Of a stretch of 64,000 bases of DNA, positions 1 to 7,320 are shown one piece after another. Source of the stretch: an uncultured delta proteobacterium (lineage in GTDB: Bacteria > Desulfobacterota > Binatia > Binatales > Binataceae). Made by a program: the position numbers and the translations under genes. The DNA is taken from NCBI GenBank assembly GCA_963771325.1, contig CAVYTJ010000002.1, forward strand, positions 673,074 through 737,073, given 5' to 3'. Position 1 is the first letter of the stretch, and every line of letters starts with the position of its first letter. The notes under the pieces were generated by a model that saw nothing but the letters and a program-made list of their open reading frames with translations, was not told where the DNA came from and did not search any database.

Positions 1-468
1 GGCGTTGGTGATGAACATCTTGCTGCCCTTGAGCACGTAGTTGTCGCCGTGGCGGACCGCGCTGGTGCGGATCGATTGCACGTCGCTGCCGGCGTGCGGC
101 TCGGTCAGCGCCAGGCCGCCGCGTTTCTCGCCGGCCGCCATCGCGGGCAAAAAGCGCTTGCGCTGCTCGTCGGTGCCGTGATGCGTGATGATGTAGGCCA
201 TGATGAGGTGGCTGTTGATCACGCCCGCCAGGCTCATCCAGCCGCGCGACAGCTCCGCCATCAAGCGCGCGTAGCTGGCGAAGCTCAAGCCCAAGCCGCC
301 ATGCTCGACCGGGATGGTTGCGCCGAAAAGCCCCAGTTCGCGCATCGTCGCAACCAGCGCATGCGGGTATTCGTCGGCATGCTCCAGCTCGGAGGCGACG
401 GGAATAACGTCGCGGTCGACGAAGCGGCGCACCGCGTCGATTACGTCGTGGTCAAGCGTATCTGCCAT
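1..468 (-). CDS. acyl-CoA dehydrogenase, N-terminal part (gene runs off left edge; start codon at 468)
   Basis: Reverse-strand translation from ATG at 468..466 reads MADTLDHDVIDAVRRFVDRDVIPVASELEHADEYP...GGLALTEPHAGSDVQSIRTSAVRHGDNYVLKGSKMFITNA, typical of the ACAD N-terminal and middle domains. The ORF track misses it because it is truncated by the window edge. Confidence 0.75.
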   Translation of the reverse strand, partial: MADTLDHDVIDAVRRFVDRDVIPVASELEHADEYPHALVATMRELGLFGATIPVEHGGLGLSFASYARLMAELSRGWMSLAGVINSHLIMAYIITHHGTDEQRKRFLPAMAAGEKRGGLALTEPHAGSDVQSIRTSAVRHGDNYVLKGSKMFITNA

Positions 469-656
469 CTCGCAGTTCCTTTCAGCCAGTAAGAGAAATG
501 GAAATTTGATGGGCGCCGGGCGCCTATGCGGCGAGATTAACAGAACAAATCGACGGGCCGCCAACGGCGTTTACGGAGCGCCGCAGGCCGCTTCCGCGAA
601 AAAGAAATCGGGTGCGCCGCGCTGAGCGCGCGCGTTCAAGCGTCCAGCGGACTAAT

Positions 657-704
657 CAGCGTGACTTCGCGTCAGCGTGACTTCGCGTCAGCGTGACTTC
701 GCGG
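657..704. repeat. 16-bp tandem direct repeat x3 (cagcgtgacttcgcgt), followed by further GTGAC/GTCAC motifs and the palindrome gtgacaagtcac to ~756
   Basis: Read directly in the sequence at 657-704. More gtgact motifs occur at 713-756. The 640-1240 region has no convincing ORF. Confidence 0.85.
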
Positions 705-1220
705 GCTGACTAGCGTGACTGCAATGACTTCAAACGCACTCGTGACAAGTCACGAACGCGACGGAGGAGCTTCGTGAGGCGTCAGAAACTTGACCGGAGC
801 GACGAAGATTTGGCGGCGAGCGCCGAAGGAAGCGTCGCCGCTGCGCTAACCACGGGATTCGAATCGGCCGCGGCGAGCAGATGCGCGCGCAGGATCAGGA
901 GCGCAACAAATGCCGATAAAAGCAGGAGAAAAAGCATGATCGAATGGGGTTCGACATCGCTCTCGCGCAGCTGTTGCGCGACGGCGGATCTCGGCGATTG
1001 ATCCTTGGCTGGTCTCATGAGGCCTTGTATGAGCAAATCGCATACCGTCCGCCAGCGGCTTTTTCTGAATTGCGCAATCCCTAGCTATCTTTTTCCTACA
1101 GACGCGCGGTCCTTGCCGCCCCCGACGCTGTCGTTGCATCCGCGCGTCATCCGCTTTTAGGAGCGCGGACATATCAGCGCGGCGACAATTGTGACCCAAC
1201 ATTTCTGGAAAGCGGGCACC

Positions 1221-1241
1221 TATACGTGTACTATACGTATA
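1221..1241. promoter_or_regulatory. inverted repeat tatacgt-N7-acgtata overlapping the antitoxin start; candidate autorepression operator of the TA pair
   Basis: Perfect 7-bp arms tatacgtgtactatacgtata lie immediately 5' of, and overlapping, ATG 1241. Type II TA operons are typically autoregulated at such inverted repeats. Confidence 0.45.
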
Positions 1242-1483
1242 TGGCTCCAAAGGCGCGAAGAAAGCTGACCATAACCGTCGAGGACGCCGTCTACCGCGGA
1301 CTGCGCAAGATCGTCGGCCCGCGCAACATCAGCCGCTTCCTGAACGACCTTGCGCGGCCCCATGTTGTGCGCGAGCGGCTCGACGAGGGCTATCGCGCGA
1401 TGGCCGGAGACGAAACTCGTGAGGCCGAAGCCGCCGAGTGGAGCGAGGAGTTGGTGGGAGACGTCGCGGATGAGCCGCGATGA
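1241..1483 (+). CDS. type II antitoxin (RHH/MazE-like small DNA-binding protein)
   Basis: [42 protein letters not shown]... is a basic N-terminal beta-strand plus helix (RHH-like) followed by an acidic tail. It overlaps the downstream MazF-family toxin gene by 14 nt. The ORF track start (GTG 1226) was moved to ATG 1241. Confidence 0.6.
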   Translation: MAPKARRKLTITVEDAVYRGLRKIVGPRNISRFLNDLARPHVVRERLDEGYRAMAGDETREAEAAEWSEELVGDVADEPR

Positions 1484-1817
1484 GCATAGCGCCCCGCGGC
1501 GTGGCGAGGTTTGGTGGATAGCCTTCGATCGCACGACGGGCGGCGAAATCAGGAAGACGCGCCCGGCGGTCGTGGTCAGCAATGACAGCGCCAACCGCTA
1601 TCTCAACCGCGTCCAGGTCGTTCCGCTCACCAGCAACGTGAAACGTCTCTATCCGGCCGAGGCGTACGTAAGGGTCAATGGGGTGCGCAACAAGGCGATG
1701 GCCGATCAGATAACCACCGCCAGCAAGCAGCGCCTGCGCGAAAAGGCCGGCACGATCGATCCCGCCGACCTGGCGGGCGTGGAACGCGCGCTCAAGACCC
1801 AACTCGGCCTGAACTGA
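1470..1817 (+). CDS. mazF: MazF/PemK-family endoribonuclease toxin
   Basis: [56 protein letters not shown]... has the classic PemK/MazF signature (GEVWW, RPAVVVS, VVPLTS). Confidence 0.85.
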   Translation: MSRDEHSAPRRGEVWWIAFDRTTGGEIRKTRPAVVVSNDSANRYLNRVQVVPLTSNVKRLYPAEAYVRVNGVRNKAMADQITTASKQRLREKAGTIDPADLAGVERALKTQLGLN

Positions 1818-1928
1818 AGCTTCCCTGCGTTCAAAGCGGCGTCGATGATGCGCGGGCGTTCGCGCGTTCACTGCTCTTGCAAGCGCGGCCGGCCTGTTGA
1901 TAGACTAAGTGTCAGATTGACGCAAACT

Positions 1929-2966
1929 ATGGAATCAAATATGTCGCTTGAAATGCAATCCTCGACCGGCGCTGACACCGCCGGCGCGCGGCTATATCGC
2001 AAGCTCGCCGCTCTTGGGCAGGACGGCTACGACCTGGCGGCCTGCGAGCGCTACGCCGCCCAGATCGACGAAATCAACCGGCTCAAGGCCGAGCGCGGCG
2101 CGGTCGTGCTCGCGCACAACTACCAGCGCCCCGAAATATTCGAGGTCGCCGACTTTATCGGCGACTCGCTGGAACTCGCGTACAAGGCGCGCGAGGTCCG
2201 CGACGCCGGAATCATCGTGTTCTGCGGTGTCCACTTCATGGCCGAGACCGCCAAGGTCTTCAACCCCGAGCGGATGGTGCTGCTGCCAGACCTGCGGGCC
2301 GGATGCTCGCTGGCGGATAGCGTCACCGCCGAAGCGCTGGCCGAGCGCAAGGCCGAGTTGCGCGAGATTTATCCCGACCTCAAAGTCGTCTCCTACGTCA
2401 ACTGCACCGCCGACGTTAAGGCCGAGTCCGACGCCTGCTGCACGTCGGCCAACGCGCTCAAGGTGGTCGAGGCGATCGACTCCCGCCATGTGCTGTTCGT
2501 TCCCGATCAGAATCTCGCCAACTACGTGCAGAGCCAGACCAGCAAGAAGATCATCTCGTGGGACGGCAACTGCTACGTGCATCACCAGATAACCGCCGAG
2601 GAGGTCGACCGGGTCAAGCGCGCGATCCCCGGCATCAAGGTGCTGGCCCATCCCGAGTGCCGCACCGACGTGCTGCGGCTGGCCGACGCGGTGCTCTCGA
2701 CCAGCGCGATGGTGCGTTATGCCGAGAGCAGCGACGCGGACAAGTTCCTGATCGTGACCGAGTGCGGGCTCTCGGACCGGTTGCTGATGGAGATTCCGAA
2801 CAAGCACTTCTACAAGGCGTGCAAGCTCTGCCGCTACATGAAGATGATCACGCTGGGCGGCACGCTCGATTCGCTGCGCCACCTGCGCTTCGAGATCGAA
2901 CTGCCCGAAGACGTGCGCGAAGGGGCGCGCCGCGCGCTGGAGCGGATGCTCGAATTGGGCGCGTAG
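1929..2966 (+). CDS. nadA: quinolinate synthase
   Basis: VLAHNYQRPEIFEVADFIGDSLELA, FCGVHFMAETAKV and conserved Cys residues are NadA hallmarks. ATG at 1929. Confidence 0.9.
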   Translation: MESNMSLEMQSSTGADTAGARLYRKLAALGQDGYDLAACERYAAQIDEINRLKAERGAVVLAHNYQRPEIFEVADFIGDSLELAYKAREVRDAGIIVFCGVHFMAETAKVFNPERMVLLPDLRAGCSLADSVTAEALAERKAELREIYPDLKVVSYVNCTADVKAESDACCTSANALKVVEAIDSRHVLFVPDQNLANYVQSQTSKKIISWDGNCYVHHQITAEEVDRVKRAIPGIKVLAHPECRTDVLRLADAVLSTSAMVRYAESSDADKFLIVTECGLSDRLLMEIPNKHFYKACKLCRYMKMITLGGTLDSLRHLRFEIELPEDVREGARRALERMLELGA

Positions 2967-2977
2967 GAGACGCGGCT

Positions 2978-3127
2978 GTTGTCATCCTGAACGAAGGTTG
3001 CCGAAGTGAAGGATCAACGCGAAGCGATTTTTATGTTTATCGCCACCCTGAGACATCGGCAGATCGATAACGGCGCGAAGAGAGATCCATCGCTTCGCGG
3101 AGATCCTTCGCTGACGCTCAGGATGAC
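2978..3127. repeat. copy A of an inverted-repeat extragenic element (arm Y 2978-3030, 54-nt spacer, arm X 3085-3127); BIME/MITE-like
   Basis: Arm X (atccatcgcttcgcggagatccttcgctgacgctcaggatgac) is 43/43 identical to 32776-32818. Arm Y (tgttgtcatcctgaacgaaggttgccgaagtgaaggatcaacgcgaagcgatt) is near-identical to 32830-32886. X is approximately the reverse complement of Y. Confidence 0.75.
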
Positions 3128-3137
3128 AAAAGGGAGC

Positions 3138-6100
3138 CTAATCGCTTAACTCCTCGAGCAGCGCCTTGGCGTCTTTGAGGTCGGCGGTGTCGAAACCCTC
3201 GGAAAACCAGCCGTAGATTTCCGCGAGCATCGCGCGCGCTTCGTCGCGGCGGCCCAGTCGCGCGAGCAGACGCGCAAGGCTCATCACGGCGCGCAGCTCC
3301 CACGACCTGGCTTCCTGCTCGCGGGCGATCGCGATCGCCTGCTCGAAGCAGGTTTGCGCCTGCGCCTCAAATGGGGCTCCGCGGGTCAGCAGCGCCTCGC
3401 CTCTCAGCCGGCACAACTCGGCCGCGCTCATGCGCGCTCCGGTTTGCTCGATGACGTTGAGCGCCTGCTCCGCCGCGCTCCGCGCTTGGTCCGCCAGGCC
3501 CGCTTTGAGATAAGACGAAGCCAGGCCCACGACGACGGCGGCGGCGCCCAGCGCGGATCCCGTCGCGCGGTACGACTCGATGCCGGCCAGCGTTTCCGCG
3601 ATGCCCTCGTCGGTTCGTCCGAGCGCGGCTTGAGCGATACCGCGGTAAGTCGATCCGAGCGCGCTCCAATAGCGGAATCCGTGCTCCATCCCCACCCTGC
3701 GGGCCTCGTCCGCCAGTTGATGCGCGGCTTCGGGATCGCGGCGGCAAAGTTTGAGCATCGCTCCGTAACTGAGGGCAAAAGCCAGGCTCATCGGATGGCC
3801 GAGGTCTCGCGCGCGCCCCAACGCTTCGCCGCTCATCTCGAGCGCGGCGGCCGGATAGCCGAGCAGCCACAACGCCACCGACAAAAAAGAAAGCGAAGCG
3901 ACCCGCGGGTCCTGGGGCATCCCTTTCAACGGCGAAGGATCGTGTATGGCCGCCGCCTGTTCCAGTCTTGCGCGAGCGGCGCGGAATTTTCCGCTGAAGA
4001 GCGACACGGCGCCGCTCGCGAAATTCGCATTCGCTATCATGCCCGAATCACGCGCACGCTCGGCAATTTCGATTAGCTCCATGCTGGTCTGGTCCGCGCG
4101 TCCGAGATCGCGCCGTACCTGATGGAAGGCCCAGGCGAACATCAATGCAGGGAAGTGGAGCACGGGGTCGCCGAGTGCGCCGCTCAGTTCCAGCGCGCGC
4201 CGCGCGGATTCTTCGACTTCGGGCGCCGCATAGCCCTTGTTCGCAACCAGCGATCCGACCAGGGCAAGCCGCAGCTCGACTTCCCGCCGCATCCGCTCCT
4301 GGCCCTCGGGCTCGCGCGCGAGCATTTCGAGCGCGGAATTAAACAGGCTTGCCGCCTCTTCATGAGCGGAGCGCCGTTCCGCCTGCTCGCCGGCGAGCCG
4401 CAGATAGTGGATCGCCTTGCCGGCGTTTCCACTGCGGCTGTAATGGCGAGCGAGATCCGGCAAATGATCGTCGAGCTGATCGGCAAACAGCGCCTCGATC
4501 GCCTGTGCCGTGCGCTCGTGGAGCGGCTTGCGGCGCTCGTTCAGCACCGAGCCATACGCCACCTCGTGCGTGAGCGCGTGCTTGAAGCTGTATTCCACGT
4601 CAGGCAGCGCCGGCTGCTCGTAGATGAACTCGCCGAGCTGCAAATCGCCGAGCATCCGCTCCAGTTCGTCATCCGGCTTGCCGGTGACCCGTCTGACCAG
4701 ACCCAACGGAAACTCCTTGCCCATCACCGCCAGCGTCTGCAGCAGCTCTTTCTCGCCGGCGGGCAGACGGTCGATACGCGAGGCGAGAATCGCCTGGACC
4801 GTCGGAGGGATCCTCAGTTCGTCGAGCGCCTTGGTCAGCTTGAGCGTCCCGTTACGCACCAGGGCTCCCTCGTCGAACAGCACCTGCACGGTCTCTTCCA
4901 TGTAGAACGGGTTACCCTCGGTCTTGTCGATAATCAGCCCGCGAAGCGGTTGCAGCGCGACGTCGTCGCCGAGCAAGGCCGTCAGCATTTCCCCGGCGCT
5001 CTCGCGCCCCAGCGGATCCAACCGAAGCTGCGCGTAATGGCTTTTGTTGCTCCAGTTGTGCCGGTACTGCGGCCGATAATTCACCAGCAACAGCACGCGC
5101 GCGTTGGCAATCGCATCGACCAGCAGGTCGAGCAGCGCCTGGGTCTCGTTGTCGATCCAGTGCAAGTCCTCGAACACGACGATCAGCGGCCGGTTTAGGC
5201 TCTCGCGCAGCAAAATCCGCTTGATCGCCTCCAGCGTCCGCCGCTGGCGCACTTGTCCATCCATCTGCGCCAGCGCGCCGGCCGTTTCTTCCACGCCCAG
5301 CAGCGCAAACAGGTACGGCAGGGAGTCTTCCAGCGCGCGGTCGAGCATCATCACCTTGCCGGCCATCTTCTCGCGCCGTTTGCGCGCATCGTCGTTGGGC
5401 TCAATCTCGAAGTAGTTGTTCAGCAACTCGATAACCGGAAGGTAGGCCGAGGCCTTGCCGTGCGAGACCGAGAATGTTTCCAGCGTCAGGCATCCGCTCT
5501 GCGAGGTCATCTTGAATTCGTAGAGGAGCCGCGACTTGCCCAGCCCGGCCTCGCCCATCGCCGCGACGACCTGCCCGTGGCCCTTCTTCACCAGTTCGAG
5601 CGCGTGGCGCATCGCGGCCATCTCGCGCTCGCGGCCGACGAATTTCGAAAGGCCGCGGCCGGCCGAGCGCTGCAGCCGCGTGCGCAGCGATCCAAGTCCG
5701 GTCACTTCGTAAACGTTGACCGGCTCGTTGACGCCCTTGATGCGTGACGGTCCGAGGGCGCGGAAGAAAAAGTAGCCGTCGCACAGCCGAAACGTCGCTT
5801 CGCTCGCGACCACGGTGCCGGGCTCGGCCAGGGTTTGCATCCGCGAGGCCAGGTTGGCCGTATGGCCGATAGGTGTGTACTCGACGTGCTGCTCGCCGGT
5901 CTGAATGGGGCGCACTACCACTTCGCCGGTGTTGAGTCCGATGCGAATCTGGATTGGCGCACGCCCCTCGGCGCGCAAATAGCCGGCGAGCTTTTTGATC
6001 TCCTGCTGCATCCGGAGCCCCGCCAGCAGTGCGCGCTGCGGATGGTCTTCGTGGGCCACGGGAGCGCCGAACAACGCGAAGATGCCGTCGCCGGTGGATT

Positions 6101-6506
6101 GCACGACGTAGCCGTCGTAGCGATGCGCAGCGTCGATCATCAGCTTCAACGCCGGATCGATCACGCGACGAGCGTCTTCGGGATCAAGGTCCTCCATGAG
6201 CTCGGTCGAGCCCTTGATATCGGCGAACAGCGCGGTGACGGTCTTGCGTTCGCCTTCGATCTCCGCAGCCGGTAAGCCTGCCGCGATCACGCTAATCGAG
6301 GCGGGGGCCTTGCCTGGGGCGGACTGAGCGGCCGGTGTAGGAGTGCCGGCGGCTCCTTGCAGGGGTGCGGCGCACTCTCCGCAAAATCGCGCCGCAGGCG
6401 AGTTGTCAAATCCGCACCGTGAGCAGCGCCGCCTGAACGGAGCAGCGCACTGCTCGCAGAACTTGAGCCCTTCCGGATTTTCCGCCCCGCAAGCTGAACA
6501 GTGCAT
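3138..6506 (-). CDS. double zinc ribbon / class III adenylate-guanylate cyclase (CHD) / STAND AAA_16 ATPase / TPR protein (paralogue 1 of 3)
   Basis: N-terminus has two CxxC...CxxC ribbons (MHCSACGAENPEGLKFCEQCAAPF..CSRCGF..CGECAAPL). CHD motifs TALFADIKGST and VVQSTGDGIFALFG. Walker A GEAGLGKSRL and Walker B VVFEDLHWID. Long TPR-like C-terminus ending YGWFSEGFDTADLKDAKALLE. Confidence 0.9.
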   Translation of the reverse strand: MHCSACGAENPEGLKFCEQCAAPFRRRCSRCGFDNSPAARFCGECAAPLQGAAGTPTPAAQSAPGKAPASISVIAAGLPAAEIEGERKTVTALFADIKGSTELMEDLDPEDARRVIDPALKLMIDAAHRYDGYVVQSTGDGIFALFGAPVAHEDHPQRALLAGLRMQQEIKKLAGYLRAEGRAPIQIRIGLNTGEVVVRPIQTGEQHVEYTPIGHTANLASRMQTLAEPGTVVASEATFRLCDGYFFFRALGPSRIKGVNEPVNVYEVTGLGSLRTRLQRSAGRGLSKFVGREREMAAMRHALELVKKGHGQVVAAMGEAGLGKSRLLYEFKMTSQSGCLTLETFSVSHGKASAYLPVIELLNNYFEIEPNDDARKRREKMAGKVMMLDRALEDSLPYLFALLGVEETAGALAQMDGQVRQRRTLEAIKRILLRESLNRPLIVVFEDLHWIDNETQALLDLLVDAIANARVLLLVNYRPQYRHNWSNKSHYAQLRLDPLGRESAGEMLTALLGDDVALQPLRGLIIDKTEGNPFYMEETVQVLFDEGALVRNGTLKLTKALDELRIPPTVQAILASRIDRLPAGEKELLQTLAVMGKEFPLGLVRRVTGKPDDELERMLGDLQLGEFIYEQPALPDVEYSFKHALTHEVAYGSVLNERRKPLHERTAQAIEALFADQLDDHLPDLARHYSRSGNAGKAIHYLRLAGEQAERRSAHEEAASLFNSALEMLAREPEGQERMRREVELRLALVGSLVANKGYAAPEVEESARRALELSGALGDPVLHFPALMFAWAFHQVRRDLGRADQTSMELIEIAERARDSGMIANANFASGAVSLFSGKFRAARARLEQAAAIHDPSPLKGMPQDPRVASLSFLSVALWLLGYPAAALEMSGEALGRARDLGHPMSLAFALSYGAMLKLCRRDPEAAHQLADEARRVGMEHGFRYWSALGSTYRGIAQAALGRTDEGIAETLAGIESYRATGSALGAAAVVVGLASSYLKAGLADQARSAAEQALNVIEQTGARMSAAELCRLRGEALLTRGAPFEAQAQTCFEQAIAIAREQEARSWELRAVMSLARLLARLGRRDEARAMLAEIYGWFSEGFDTADLKDAKALLEELSD

Positions 6507-6579
6507 ATCCTCTGGTCACCCGGCTGACTATTCCCTATCTCGCCGGATGCCGACAAGCGTCCAGCAATATCCTGGCGTC

Positions 6580-7296
6580 CTATGGCCTTACTGTCTCACC
6601 CCGGTGCTTTCGATACATCTTGTCTCGCCACGCGAATATCGGGGCGAACGCTGAATTCGAGGTCACCGACGCGGTATACATCGGACGCATCGATGCGGGA
6701 AAAACGAAGAGCTCATCAGCAGGAGGGTTCACCAGCAGAAACATGCTCGCGGTGGTGAGATCGGCCCGGGTGAAAGCATCGCCGACTAAATACTCACGTC
6801 CATCGAGAGCATGTTTGAGTACCGTCAAAATCCGCTCGACCGTGACTTTGGCATGCTCCTCGGCATACTGGGTGTGTTGGTACTTCTGCGCAAAGTATTG
6901 TCCGCCTTGTTGCAATTCCGGCGCGCTCGATCGCAGAAAATGCCCAATGATGAGCATCCGCGCCTGAGGGCCCAGGACCCCGTCCATCAGCTCCTCCCAC
7001 ATCATCACCTGCGCCCGATCTTTCTCGGACTCCGGCATGAGCCGCGGTTGCGGGTGATGCTGCTCAAGCCAATTCAGGATCGCGGTCGAGTCGGGAATCA
7101 CCGTGCCATCAACGAGCAACACCGGGACCTGGGCCTGCCCGGTCAGTTTCTTTACTGCTTCTTCGTCCACCCCGGGCTGGTAGTCCTGTTTTTCATATGG
7201 CACGCCTTTGAAGTTGAGCGCCCATCGAACGCGTTCCGCCCAGGGCGACGCATACATCTGAATCAACTTTGTAGTACTCAACTTTGTACTGCTCAT
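6580..7296 (-). CDS. glutathione S-transferase family protein
   Basis: Thioredoxin-like N-terminal domain with YASPWAERVRWAL...QVPVLLVDGTVIPDSTAILNWLEQ, followed by a helical C-terminal domain. Only 24 bp downstream of paralogue 2 on the same strand. Confidence 0.75.
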   Translation of the reverse strand: MSSTKLSTTKLIQMYASPWAERVRWALNFKGVPYEKQDYQPGVDEEAVKKLTGQAQVPVLLVDGTVIPDSTAILNWLEQHHPQPRLMPESEKDRAQVMMWEELMDGVLGPQARMLIIGHFLRSSAPELQQGGQYFAQKYQHTQYAEEHAKVTVERILTVLKHALDGREYLVGDAFTRADLTTASMFLLVNPPADELFVFPASMRPMYTASVTSNSAFAPIFAWRDKMYRKHRGETVRP

Positions 7297-7320
7297 TTTT
7301 GAATACCCCCGCTGGAACGT

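Noticed and set aside
2978-3127. possible CRISPR array (repeated units with spacers)
   Set aside because: There are only two units per locus, the units are inverted rather than direct, and the spacers are 11 and 54 nt. It is interpreted as a BIME/MITE-like palindromic element.
4624-4905. recurring small ORF MNSPSCKSPSIRSSSS... (also at 8861-9079 and 41702-42115)
   Set aside because: Antisense by-product of the three near-identical cyclase paralogues, not an independent conserved gene.
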